From positions 13,472,001 to 13,536,000 of the forward strand of contig CP086569.2 in NCBI GenBank assembly GCA_009914755.4: a stretch of 64,000 nucleotides of DNA, written 5' to 3'. This document shows positions 1 to 17,994 of this stretch, piece after piece (position 1 is the stretch's first letter; each line of letters starts with the position of its first letter). Under the pieces are notes generated by a model. That model searched no databases. It worked only from the letters and a program-made list of their open reading frames with translations, and was not told where the DNA came from. The position numbers and the translations under genes were made by a program. Source of the stretch: the human T2T-CHM13v2.0 reference genome, Homo sapiens.

Positions 1-758
1 CCGTTTGCCCATTTTACAACAAAAATTATTGAGATCTTGTAGGATGGAAAAATTGAAATTGTCATTTTCTGGCTATTTGGAACCATTGTCGAGTTTATAT
101 TGGGGTTACGCGGCATTGCAGAAGAAAATAAGTCACGTAGGTTTTAGGTCAGGTGTGAGTTGAAGAGGTTTTAAGTTCTTCAGAACACAGGCTAAGGGAG
201 AAAAGGGAGGAATGGAGGTTGGAAGGTTGCCCATAGTGAAGGAGGTAAGCCCAGAGAAAAGAGAGGGTAGAAACATGGAAAGAAGAGGTAGGGGGTGCTT
301 GCCCCACAGGAAAGTGGTGCTTGCCCCTAAGGGTGAAGGATAAAGGCATTCATCCCCACGATGATCAGACACCTCTGAAATGTGGGTGAATAATCAGGCA
401 GGCTTCCCTGCAGTGATTAAACACCAAGGGAAGACTGTCTTCCTGAGTCTGTGACTGGTGCTGGAGTTTTGGGTTCATGGATAAAATGCATCTCCTCTGT
501 CTCTACTAGAAAAGGAAAGGAATTGAAATTAAGAGAAAAGAGATATTGAAGGATGGCACCAAGATTGAAAGGAGTAAGAGGTTGAGAGATGGTAAGAGAC
601 GTTGGTGAAGAGAGTGAAAAGAGGCTGCTTACCCAATTTAAAATTGGGGAGATGTTCCTTGGGCTGGTCGGTCTGAGGACCAGAGGTCGTAGGTGGATCT
701 TTCTCATGGAGCAAAGAGCAAGAGGACAGGGGATTGATCTCCCAAGGGAGGTCCCCTG
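1..758 (-). mobile_element. HERV-H internal region (leader / gag-proximal), continues beyond window start
   Basis: The reverse complement, read downstream of the PBS, matches the HERV-H leader as I recall it (GGGGACCTCCCTTGGGAGATCAATCCCCTGTCCTC...). There is no long ORF. Confidence 0.6.
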
Positions 759-776
759 ATCTGAGTCATGGCACCA
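759..776 (-). other. primer-binding site, tRNA-His type
   Basis: The reverse complement TGGTGCCATGACTCAGAT matches the HERV-H PBS TGGTGCCGTGACTCGGAT at 16 of 18 positions. It sits 2 nt after the LTR end. Confidence 0.6.
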
Positions 777-778
777 AA

Positions 779-1165
779 TTTCATGCACGTCCATGTGAAG
801 AGACCACCAAACAGGCTTTGTGTGAGCAATAAAGCTGTTTAATCACCTGGGTGCAGGTGGGCTGAGTCTGAAAAGAGAGTCAGCAAAGGGAGATAGAGGT
901 GGGGCCATTTTATAGGATTTGGGTAGTTCGTGGAAAGTTACAGTCAAAGGGGGTTGTTCTCTGGCAGGCAGGGGTGGGGGTCACAAGGTGCTCAGTTGGG
1001 GAGCTTCTGAGTCAGAAGGAATTTCACAAGGTAATGTCATCAGTTAAGGCAGGAACCAGCAATTTTCACTTCTTTTGTGATTCTTCACTTGCTTTAGGCC
1101 ATCTGGATGTATATGTGCATGTCACAGGGGATATGATGGCTTAGCTTGGGCTCAGAGGCCTGACA
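779..1165 (-). mobile_element. LTR7-family LTR (5' LTR of the HERV-H element)
   Basis: The reverse complement starts TGTCAGGCCTCTGAGCCCAAGCTAAGCCATCATATCCCCTGTGAC and ends ...CACAAAGCCTGTTTGGTGGTCTCTTCACATGGACGTGCATGAAA. These are the LTR7 termini (TG...AA). Confidence 0.65.
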
Positions 1166-2790
1166 GTTACTTAATTTCTGTATATTTGTATGGTTTTGAA
1201 GGTTCTTTTTGTAGTTCATTTCCAGTTTTATTCCACTGTGGTTTGAGAGAGTGCTTCATGTAATTTCAATTTTCTTAAATTTATTGAGGCTTGTTTTATG
1301 GCCCATCATATGCTCTATCTTGGAGAAAGTTCCATGTGCTGTTGAATAGAATTGTATTCTGTGATTGTTGGATGAAATGTTCTGTATATATCTGTTGAGT
1401 CCATTTGTTCCAATCTTTGTTGACTTTCTGTCCTGATGACCTATCAAGTGCTGTCAGTGGAGTTTTGAAGTCCCTCACTATTACTGTGTTGTTGTCTATC
1501 TCATTTCTTAAGTCTGTTAGCAACTGTTCTATAAATTTGACAGCTCCAGTGTTAGGTGCATATATGTTTAGGATTGTGATATTTTCCTGTTGCACAAGGT
1601 CTTTACCATTATATAATGTCCCTTTTTGTCTCTTTTAACTGTTGTTGCTTTAAAGCTTGTTTTGTCTGCTACAAGAATAGCTGCTCCTGCTCACTTTTGG
1701 TGTCCATTTGCATGAAATTCCTTTTTCCACCTCTTTACTTTAAGTTTATGAGAGTCCTTTTGTGCCAGGCGAGTCTCCTGAAGGCAGCAGATGGTTGGTG
1801 AGTTCTTATCCATTGTGAGGTTCTGTATCTTTTAAGTGGGCCATTTAGGCCACTTACATTCAATGTTAGTATTGAAATGTGAGGTACTGCTGAATTCATC
1901 GTGCTCTTTTGTTGCCTGTGTACTTTTTTCTTTTCTTTTCTTTTTTTCTTTTTAATTTGTTCCTTTGTTGTTGTTGTTTCAGAGGTCCTGTGTGATTTAT
2001 GCTTTAAAGATCTGTTTTGATGTGTTTCCAGGATTTGTTTCAAGATTTAGAGCTCCTTTTAGCAGTTCTTGTACTGGTGGTTTGGTAGTGGCAAATTCTC
2101 TCAGTATTTGTTTGTCTGAAAAAGACTATCTTTCCTTCATACATGATGCTTAGTTTCACTGCATACCAAATTCTTGACTGATAATTGTTTTGCTTGAGGA
2201 GGCTAAAGATAGGGCCCCAAACCCTTCTAGCTTGTAGGGTTTCTGCTGAGAAATCTGCTGTTAATCTGATAGGTTTTTCTTTATAGTTCACCTGGTGCTT
2301 CTGTCTCACAGCTCTTAAGATTCTTTCCTTTGTCTTAACTTTGGATAATCTGATGACAATGTACCTAGGCAAAGATCTTTCTGTGATGAATTTCTGGGGT
2401 GTTCTTTGTGCTTCTTGTATTTGGATGTCTAGGTCTGTAGCAAGGCTGGGGAAGTTTTCCTCAATTATTTCCCCAAGTATGTTTTCACAACTTTTAGAAT
2501 TCTCTTCTTCCTCAGGAACACCAATTATCCTTAGATTTGGTCGTTTAACATAATCCCAGACTTTGTTCGTACTTCTTATTCTTTTTTTCTTTGTCTATGT
2601 TGGATTGGGTTAATTTGAAGACCTTGTCTTCAAGGTCTGAGTTTGTTTCTTCTACTTGTTCAATTCTATTGTTGAGACTTTTCAGAGCATTTTGCATTTC
2701 CAAAAGTGTATCCAGAGTTTCCTGAATATTTATTTTTTCTTTAAGCTATATATTTCCTTGAATATTTCTCCCTTCACTTCTTTTTTTTTT
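1166..2790 (-). mobile_element. ancient L1 fragment (L1PB/L1M-like): ORF1 C-terminal half plus ORF2 endonuclease domain
   Basis: Minus-strand translations include ...FFSTAHGTFSKIEHMMGHKTSLNKFKKIEIT and ILNIYAPNTGAVKFIEQLLTDL (endonuclease), and ...KPIRLTADFSAETLQARRVWGPIFSLLKQNNYQSRIWYAVKLS (ORF1 C-terminus). Confidence 0.75.
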
Positions 2791-2929
2791 GAGCCTCTGT
2801 CACCCAGGCTGGAGTGCAGTGATGCAACCTTGGTTCACCACAACCTTCTAAGGGAGGAGACCACCCCTCATATTGTCTTATGTCCAATTTCTGCTTCCAA
2901 AGAAAGAAAAAGTAAAAACTAAAAGGCAG

Positions 2930-3837
2930 AAATGAAATCCACAGGCAGACAGCCTGGCGCAACGCCTTGGGTCTGGTTAAGGATCGACCCCCAACCTAAC
3001 CAATTATGTTATCTATAGATTTCAGACATTGTATGGAAAAGCATTGTGAAAATCCCTGTCCTGTTTTGTTCCATGCTGATTACCAGTGCATGCAGCCCCT
3101 AGTCACGTACCCACTGCTTGCTCAATCACAACCCTCTCATATGGACCCCATTAGAGTTGCAAGCCCTTAAAAGGGACAGGAATTGCTCATTCAGGGAGCT
3201 CTGTTTTTGGAGGCGTAAGTCTTTCTGAAGCTCCCAGCTGAATTCAGCCCTTCCTTCTTTAACTTGGTGTCTAAGGGGGTTTTGTCTGTGGCTTGTCCTG
3301 CTACATTTCTTGGTTCCCTGACTGGGAAGCAAGGTGATTAATGGATGGTCAAGGCAGCCATTTAGGTGGCTTAGGACTGCCCTGTGGAGCATCCCTGCAT
3401 GGGACTCTGGCCAGCTTGAGTGACACACATCCTGAGAGCGCTCCCATGTAGACAGTTGCCCTGGTACAACGCCTCACCAGAGCAGCACGTGGCAGGCCAC
3501 CATGGAGAATCAATGCAGTGGCTGAACACCAGGAAGGAACTGGCTCTTGGAGTCTGGACATCTGAAACTTGGTAAATCACCCACTCCATTTGAATGGAAG
3601 CATGGCCTGATCACCCACAGTGTGCCTGTACTGGCACTTTGGTTTTTGTTTTTGACTTGACTTGGATTGCTTGATACTTTGGTTTTGGGTTTGACCTGGC
3701 TTAGATTTCTTCATACTCCAATTTTGGTTTGAGTCTTATTTGGTGTAAATTGTAAATATGTGTGTGTGCCCTTTTTACCTGTTCTTTGTTTTGTGGTGTG
3801 TGTGGTGTGTGAGCATGTTGTTTTATCTTGAGGAAGC
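2930..3837 (+). mobile_element. putative 5' LTR plus leader of an unclassified class I ERV (boundaries uncertain)
   Basis: This is inferred from the gag start immediately downstream at 3838. The LTR-like sequence was not matched to any named family. Confidence 0.3.
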
Positions 3838-4170
3838 ATGGGTCAGGCACAAAGTAAGCCTATCCCACCAGGAACTATGTTCAAAATTTTCAAGAAAGGA
3901 TTTAAGGGAAATTATGGTGTTACTATGACACCAGGAAACTTAGAACTTTGTGTGAAATAGACTGGCGAGCATTAGAGGTGGGTTGGTTGTCAGAAAGAAG
4001 CCTGGATAGGTCCCTTTTTTCAAAAGTATGGCACAAAGTAACCTGTAAGCCAGGGCGCCCAAACCAGTTCCCGGACATAGACACTTGGTTACAGCTCATT
4101 TTAGACACCCCTCCACCCCACCACACACCCCACAGTGGTTGAAAGAACAGCAGCATAAGCAGCTGGCAGA
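3838..4170 (+). pseudogene. gammaretrovirus-like gag N-terminus, degenerate
   Basis: ATG GGT CAG ... encodes MGQAQSKPIPPGTMF..., a myristoylation-type gag start. Downstream, ...DWRALEVGWLSERSLDRSLFSKVWHKVTCKPGRPNQFPDIDTWLQLILDTPPP resembles the MLV matrix/p12 region. Stops interrupt it. Confidence 0.5.
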
Positions 4171-4350
4171 GGCAAGGAAGGACCAGCAGAGAGAGAGAGA
4201 GGAAACAGAGAGGAAAAGAGCCAAATAGAGAGAGGAAGAGACAGAGAGACAAAGAGGGAGTCAAGGAGAGAGAGAGAGAGGCAGAGAGAGAGGAAGAAAC
4301 AGAGACAAAAGGAAAGTCAAAGAGACAGAAAGTCAAAGAGAAAAAGAGAT
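4170..4350. repeat. GA-rich simple repeat (GAGA / AGAGAC)n
   Basis: Direct reading shows a run of agagagagag / gagacagag units. Confidence 0.85.
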
Positions 4351-5365
4351 ATACAAGTAGTTAAGAAAAAAACCAGTGTACCCTATTCCTTTAAACACCA
4401 AGGTAAATGTAAAATCTATAATTAATAATTAAAGGTATTCTTCATAACCCTATAACACTCCAGTACCACTTTGTTGTCAATGTAAACAAGGGTGTATCTC
4501 AAAAGCACTGAGGCCTTCCTATCAAAAATCCTCAACCCAGTAACCCACAGACAGCCCAAATGCATTCAGTCTGTAGCGGCAACTGCTTTGCTAACAGCAG
4601 AAAGTAAAAAAATAACTTTCAGAGGAAACCTTATTGTGAGCACACCTCACCAGTTCAGAAGTATCCTAAGAAAAAAAAAAAAAAAGAGGATTTAACATTA
4701 ACCCCTGAAAATTCCCTTAACCCAGTAGATTTCCTAAGAGGTGATCTAAATCTTTATTACCATAAAAGGGTCCAAACAGACCTAGGAGGAACTCCCTTCA
4801 GGACAGGAGGATAGATGTTTCCTCCCCAGTAATTACAAAAAAAAAAACCATCTATACCAATTCTAATTTAATTTGGAATAAACAAAGTCTTATTAACAGC
4901 AGAGGATAATTGAAATCCCAAACTTACAAGGTTTTCAACAAAAGTAAAATTTGCTAAAAGTTAACAGTATAACATGTATTATAGTAACTTCTAATCTTGT
5001 GGCCCTAGACAGTCTAGTCCACAGACAACAAAGAAGTTCACTTTGGAAAAGAATGATTGTCTTCAAAAAAAAAAAAAGGGGGAAAAAAAGAGGAGTGCAG
5101 AATTTATGTAAAAGGATTGCTGTATGGTAAATTCTTCTCCTGAAATAAATGAACTGGTTCTTTAAAGAAAGAAATGTTTATAGTAAGTCTGAAAGTTGAC
5201 GCAGGTTGAATAATTGTTGGTGAAAGTTGTGAAAGAGAAAAAAAGTTATATAAAAAACGAATTTATGCAAGAGATGTTGCATAATTTAAAAGTAATTAGG
5301 CCTCCTGAGTACTATTAAACAGTGTATCTGCGAGGTGTATATGGAAAGTAAAATATATCTTTGTT
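4351..5365 (+). mobile_element. degenerate ERV internal sequence (continuation of the element starting at 2930), with poly(A) runs
   Basis: Frame-broken peptides with weak RT-like hints (e.g. ...YNTPV...). Poly(A) tracts at about 4669-4685, 4846-4857 and 5066-5080. Confidence 0.25.
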
Positions 5366-5383
5366 AAAAAGATTATAAGGAGA
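5366..5383. repeat. target-site duplication, 5' copy, of full-length L1
   Basis: aaaaagattataaggaga appears here and again at 11500-11517. Confidence 0.7.
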
Positions 5384-6411
5384 AGGTGGAGCCAAGATGG
5401 CAGAATAGGAACAGCTCCAGTCTACAGCTCCTAGCGTGAGCGACACAGAAGATGGGTGATTTCTGCATTTCCAACTGAGGTACCAGGTTCATCTCACTGG
5501 GGAGTATCAGACAGTGGGTACAGGACAGTGGGTGCAGCACACCAAGCATGAGCCGAAGCAGGGCAAGGCATCACCTCACCTGGAAAGTGCAAAGGGTCAG
5601 GGAATTCCCTTTCCTAGTCAAAGAAAGGGGTGACAGATGGCACTTGGAAAATCAGGCCACTCCCACCCTAATACTGTGCTTTTCCAATGGTCTTACCAAA
5701 CGGCACACCAGGAGATTATATCCTGCACATGGCTCAGAGGGTCCTATGCCCATGGAGCTACGCTCATTGCTAGCACAGCAGTCTGAGATCAAACTGCAAG
5801 GCGGCAGCGAGGCTGGGGGAAGGGCGCCCGCCATTGCCGAAGCTTGAGCAGGTAAACAAAGTGGCCAGGAAGCTGGAACTGGGTGGAGCCCACTGCAGCT
5901 CAAGGAGGCCTGCCTGCCTCTGTAGACTCCACCTCTAGGGGCAGGGCATAGCCAAACAAAAGGCAGCAGAAAACTCTGTGCAGACTTAAATGTCCCTGTG
6001 TGAGAGCTTTGAAGAGAGTAGTGGTTCTCCCAGCATGCAGCTTGAGATCTGAGAACAGACAGACTGCCTCCTCAAGTGGGTCCCCAACCCCCGAGTAGCC
6101 TAACTGGGAGACACCCCCAAGTAGGGGCAGACTGACACCTCACACGGCTGGGTACTCCTCTAAGACAAAACTTCCAGAGGAACAATCAGGCAGCAGCATT
6201 TGCAGTTCACCAATGTACACTGTTCTGCAGCCTCCATTGCTGATACCCAGGCAAACAGGGTCTGGAGTGGACCTCCAGCAAACCCCAACAGACCTGCAGC
6301 TGAGGGTCCTGACTGTTAGAAGGAAAACTAACAAACAGAAAGGACATCTGCACCAAAATCCCATCTGTACGTCACCATCATCAAAGACCAAAGACAGATA
6401 AAACCACAAAG

Positions 6412-7421
6412 ATGGGGAAAAAACAAAGCAGAAAAACTGGAAACTCTAAAAATTGGAGCACCTCTCCTCCTTGAAGGGAACACAGCTCCTCATCAGCAAT
6501 GGAACAAAGCTGGGCAGAGAATGACTTTGACAATTTGAGAGAAGAAGGCTTCAGATCAAACTACTCCAAGCTAAAGGAGGAAGTTCGAACCCATGGCAAA
6601 GAAGTTAAAAACCTTGAAAAAAAATTAGGCAAACAGCTACCTAGAATAACCAATTCAGAGAAGTCCTTAAAGGACCTGATGGAGCTGAAAACCACAGCAT
6701 GAGAACTATGTGACGAATGCACAAGCCTCAGTAGCTGATTCAATCAACTGGAAGAAAGGATATCAGTGATGGAAGATCAAATGAATGAAATGAAGTGAGA
6801 AGAGAAGTTTAGAGAAAAAAGAATAAAAAGAAACAAAGCCTCCAAGAAATACGGGACTATGTGAAAAGACCAAATCTACATCTGACTGGTGTATCTGAAA
6901 GTGACAGGGAGAATGGAAACAAGTTGGAAAACACTCTGCAGGATATGATCCAGGAGAACTTCCCCAACCTAGCAAGGCAGGCCAATATTCAAATTCAGGA
7001 AATACAGAGAATGCCACAAAGATACTTCTTGAAAAGAGCAACTCCAAGACACATAATTGTCAGATTCACCAAAGCTGAAATGAAGGAAAAAATGTTAAGG
7101 GCAGCCAGAGAGGAAGGTCGGGTTACCCACAAAGGGAAGCCCATCAGACTAACAGCAGATGTCTTGGCAGAAACTCTTCAAGCCAGAAGAGAGTGGGGGC
7201 CAATATGCAACATTCTTAAAGAAAAGAATTTTCAACCCAGAATTTCATATCCAGCCAAACTAAGCTTCATTAGTGAAGGAAACATAAAATCCTTTACAGA
7301 CAAGCAAATGCTGAGAGATTTTCTCACCACCAGACCTGCCCTAAAAGAGCTCCTGAAGGAAGCACTAAACATGGAAAGGAACAATCGGTATCAGCCACTG
7401 CAAAAACATGCCAAATTGTAA
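6412..7421 (+). pseudogene. L1 ORF1p remnant
   Basis: Begins MGKKQSRKTGNSKN.... The C-terminal open piece 6861-7421 reads ...RHIIVRFTKAEMKEKMLRAAREEGRVTHKGKPIRLTADVLAETLQARREWGPICNILKEKNFQPRISYPAKLSFISEGNIKSFTDKQMLRDF.... Internal stops are present. Confidence 0.8.
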
Positions 7422-7482
7422 AGATCATCGATGCTAGGAAGAAACTGCATCAAATAATGAGCAAAACAACCAGCTAATATCA

Positions 7483-11300
<3,818 letters not shown>

Positions 11301-11499
11301 GAACACGTGGACACAGGAAGGGGAACATTAAACACTGGGGCCTGTTGCGGGGTGGGGGAAAGGAGGGATAGCATTAGGAAATATACCTAATGTTAAATGA
11401 CAAGTTAATGGGTGCAGCACACCAACATGAAACATGTATACATATGTAACAAACCTGGACATTGTGCACATAACCCTAAAACTTAAAGTATAATTTAAA

Positions 11500-11517
11500 A
11501 AAAAGATTATAAGGAGA
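11500..11517. repeat. target-site duplication, 3' copy, of full-length L1
   Basis: aaaaagattataaggaga overlaps the end of the L1 poly(A). Confidence 0.7.
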
Positions 11518-13756
11518 TGTAGGAATGTAAATTTTTGCCTACATTAAAAGTTTAAAAAATTTGTTTTGAAGGTTTAAGCAAGTTTTAACACAATTGTAAA
11601 GAAAATTCTGTGTCTAAACATATTGGCTAAAGTCAAAGGGGTATCATCCAGCTTTTCTGTCAACTGAACATTAAAATAAAAACACAATGGGTTTTTCTTA
11701 AAGCAGTAATCTGCTCTTTAACAAAGATTATAAAAGGTTAAAAAAAGGCCTATAAAAATCTTACCTTATGGTCCGACATTAAAAATTGAATAAATATGTC
11801 TATAAAGTTTTATTAAAACTAAGTTTAACATTAATAACACACTAATATAAAGGTGAAATTTAGCTTATCTGGTATAAAAATCATACAGGAAGCACTGTCA
11901 AATATAAAATGGTTTGGCTTCTTTGGTCTAAAAATCTAATAAAAATGGGTGCTAAAGCAAATTTCTCAGTAGAAAGGCACCAAGAACTATAAAGCCCACT
12001 GCTGATGTCCTCACATTTAAAATAAAAGTTCAATTTCTTAAAAATTATATACTTGGTTTATCTTCCCCTTTCCTTTCCCTCAAAACTAAAAGTCTTTTAG
12101 CACATGTAAAACCCCTAGGATTTCCCATAAACCAGCACCAGCCTGAAGATCACGTTCTCATCAAAAGGTGAAAAAACAAAAAGGAAACTCGAGCCAGCCT
12201 AGGAAGGACCCTACCTTGTGCTGCTAACCACCGAGACTGTTCATACAGTGAAAAAGGGATGGACTCATCACACATGAGTCAAGAAAGTGCCACACCCTCC
12301 AGAATCGTGAGCTGTAGTCCCAGGAGAAAACCTCACCAAACCGAAGCTAAGAAAAATTTGACTCTTTCTTCTACTCTATTACTCTTTCTTCTTTCCTTGC
12401 TCTATTGATGACCATCTAATTATTAACATAACAAAGTCAATTTAACCTCAAACTATTGTATTTAATGCTTGCCTTGTTATACCCTGTGGGGACTTGCCAA
12501 GTCAAGGACAGCTCTCTACTTCAGAAAAGTACCGCTCTCCCTCCTGACTCTCCTCAGACTGGGCTTTAGTAAATTAGCACCATTTAATCCAGGGAAATTT
12601 CAGTAAAGACTCCAGTGTCAACCAGGAGTCTTGCCCCCAAATTTAGAGCTTTTTTGCCATAGCTGGTCCCACATTCTGTGGACCACCAAAGAGCAATGAT
12701 AGACTGCCCCAACCAATTTTTGTAATTTCCTAAAATCATACATTCATTTTACTAGAGGATCATAGAAGTTAAAGACTTAAAACAAACTTTGGCAATTAAG
12801 ACAGGATACCAAGATGCAAATGCCTGGTTGAAATAGATCAAATATTCCATACACACATTAAAGAAAAGCACTTGTTACGCTTGTGTACATGGCAGGCCAG
12901 AGGCCCAGATTGTCCTCTTTCCACTAAGGTGGTCCTCCAGTCGACCAGGCATGGGCCAAATGGTAGCTCTTTTCCAGGATTCTACAGCCTGGAGTAATAA
13001 GTTGTGCCAAGCTCTCTCTGCTATAGCCCAAAGTCTGGCACCCTGCGGGTCAGCCCCCGGGGGCCATCCAGCTTCCATCTCCCAACACTAAGTTCACTTC
13101 GTGTCCCTCAGGACAGGGAGGAAACATAGCATTCCTTTGAGACCTGAAGGGATCCTGTGAGCTTAAGAATTTTCAAGAGCTTATCAGTCAGCCCTTGTTC
13201 ATCCCCGAGCAGATGTGTAGTGGTATTGTTGTGGACCTTTACTGGACACTCTGCCAAATAACTGGAGTGGGACTTGTACTTTAGTCCAATTGGCTATCCC
13301 TTTCACCATGGCATTTCCTCAACCAGAGGGAGGAAAAGTAAGACATCGTAAAGTGAGAGAAGGCTCTTATGGGTCTTTCAACTCTCACATCTCTTTAGAC
13401 ACAATTGGAGTCCCATGGGTAATACCAGATCAATTTAAAGCTTGAAACCAAATAGCTGCAAGATTTGAGTCAATATTTTGGTGGGTGACCATTAATAAAA
13501 TTGTAGATTGGATAAACTACATCTATTAAAACCAACAGCAATAAGTTTTTCATGAGTTAAAAGAAAAACTCATATTGGCCCCAGCTCTGGGGCTACCTGA
13601 CCTGACAAAACCCTTTACACTCTATATGTCAGAAAGAGAAAAAATGGCGGTTGGAGTTTTGATCCAGACTGTGGGGCCCTAGCCGAGGCTGGTAGCCTGC
13701 CTCTCCAAACAGCTAGATGGAGTTTCTAAGGGTTGGCCCCCATGCTTAAGAGCCTT
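11518..13756 (+). mobile_element. degenerate class I ERV internal fragments (integrase C-terminus about 12190-12290; RT connection region about 13500-13756)
   Basis: EGPYLVLLTTETVHTVKKGWTHHTH resembles the MLV IN C-terminus [50 protein letters not shown]...PRLVACLSKQLDGVSKGWPPCLRAFI resembles MLV [24 protein letters not shown]...[22 protein letters not shown]. Confidence 0.45.
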
Positions 13757-15778
<2,022 letters not shown>

Positions 15779-16149
15779 CCAGCCTTCCCGACCAGGGCCA
15801 CTCCCCTGGTTGGGGAGGCCCTGGTCCAGGAGGTCTCCTGTGTCATTGAACTACATTTTCTTTCTTTGGAATTAAGCATAATACCTATAATTGCTTCATA
15901 TGTTTTTAAAGCAACTCTATTAATTATTTACAAACTATGTACTGGAAAATTTCTTAAGATAATGGGATTTTTTTAAATATCAAAATAAAGTTCTGCCTTA
16001 TGCTAATGTGCTCAGATATTTGGATATGTTTGATCACAGCACTAGAATTTGTCAAAGATATAACCAAAAATGGCACGATTAAATATTTTGATTGTTGGTA
16101 TTTGCAAGCCTGATGGCAACCTTAATCCAAAAATCATAACATAGATACA

Positions 16150-17346
16150 CAAAAAATAAAAAGAAAGAAATTTAAGTCATGTCACCAGAGAAAATCAACT
16201 TCGCTAGAGGCAGACAGGAAGGACAGAAAGAAAAGCAGGAAGACCATGAAACAACCAGAAAAAAATATAACAAAATAGCAGGAGGAAATCCTTACTTATC
16301 AATAACATTGAGTATAAATGAACTAAACTCTCTAATCAAAAGCCATAGTCTAGCTGAATGAATGAAAAACAAGACCCATTTATCTGTTTCCCACAGGTAA
16401 CACACTTCACCTATATAAAAACACATGTATACTAAAAATAAAGAAATGAATAAAAGATATACCAAGTCAATGGAAACAAAAAAGAAGCAGGACTCACTCT
16501 CAATATAGATTTCAAGACAGGAACCATAAGAAGAGACATAGAATATCACTATAAAAAGATAATAGGGTCAATTCAGCAAGATTTTAAATTTTTTAACTTA
16601 ATTGTTGTTTAATTGTTAAAAATTTTAAATTGTTCAAATTTATTTAACAATTTTAAATAAACATGCACGCAACACTGGAGTACCCAGGTATATAAAGAAA
16701 CTACTATTCATGATAAAGAGAGAGACTGGCCCCAGTACAGTAATAGCTAGAGATTTCAACACTTCATTTTCAGGTCTAGACAGATCTTCCAGACAGAAAA
16801 TCAACAACGAATCATCAGATTTAATCTGCAGTATTGACCAAATAAATTGAATTAATATTTGCAGAATATTTCACCCAAGAACTTCAAAATTTCTACTCTT
16901 TTTCTCAGCACATGGGTTATTCTCAAGGATAGACCACATGTTATATGTGGTAACACATTCGTAACACATTCAAAAACTTGGAAATACTTTTTTTTGCAGT
17001 TAATATCAAGCATTCTCTCTGACCACAGTGGAATAAAATTAGAAATTAAAAACAAAAGGAATTTTGGAAATTATACAACTAAGTAGACATTAAACAATTG
17101 GCTCCTTAAAAGGTACTTTCATTTACAATAGCCACACATAAAATTAGATATCTAAAAATTAACCAAATAAGTGAAAGAGCTCCATAATAAAACTTATAAA
17201 ACACTGATGAAACAAATTGAAGAGAACACCAAAAATGAAAGAATATTTCATGTTCATAGATTGAAAGAATCAACATTGTTGAAAGTGCCTATACTACCCA
17301 AAGCAATCTATAGATTCAATGCAATCCATATAAAAATATCAATAAT
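16150..17346 (+). mobile_element. ancient L1 (L1M/L1PB-like) fragment: EN domain, then internal deletion to RT C-terminal region
   Basis: NPYLSITLSINELNSLIKSH (EN start), ...SDHSGIKLEIKNKRNFGNYT (EN end), then KELHNKTYKTLMKQIEENTKNERIFHVHRLKESTLLKVPILPKAIYRFNAIHIKI. Confidence 0.65.
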
Positions 17347-17654
17347 GGCCAGGGGCAGTGGCTCACACCTGTAATCCCAGCACTTTGGGAAGTCAAGACA
17401 GTCAGATCACCTGAGGTCAGGAGTTTGAGACCAGCCCGACCAAAATGGAGAAACCCCCTCTCTACTAAAAATATACAAAGTTAGCCAGGTGTGGTGGCAT
17501 ATGCCCGTAATCCTAGCTCCTTAGGAGGCTGAGGCAGGAGAATTGCTTGAACCCAGAAGGCGGATGTTGCAGTGAGCCAAAATCGAGATTGCACCATTAC
17601 TTTCCAGCCTGGGCAACAAAAGCAAAACTCAATCTTTAAAAAAAAAAAAAAAAT
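17347..17654 (+). mobile_element. Alu (full length, poly(A) tail)
   Basis: GGCCAGGGGCAGTGGCTCACACCTGTAATCCCAGCACTTTGGGA ... A-rich tail. Confidence 0.9.
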
Positions 17655-17704
17655 CAGTAATATTCTTCACAGAAATAGAAAAAAAATCCTAAAATCCTAA
17701 AATT

Positions 17705-17994
<290 letters not shown>

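Noticed and set aside
2788-2835. Short Alu-like start (ttttttttgagcctctgtcacccaggctggagtgcagtgatgcaacc).
   Set aside because: Only about 45 bp resemble Alu before the similarity is lost. It is too short to call confidently as an Alu insertion and may be a fragment or chance similarity.
3923-4336. 137-aa minus-strand ORF rich in SLSLSL, and the overlapping plus-strand ORF.
   Set aside because: It is produced by translating the (GA)n simple repeat. This is a low-complexity artefact.
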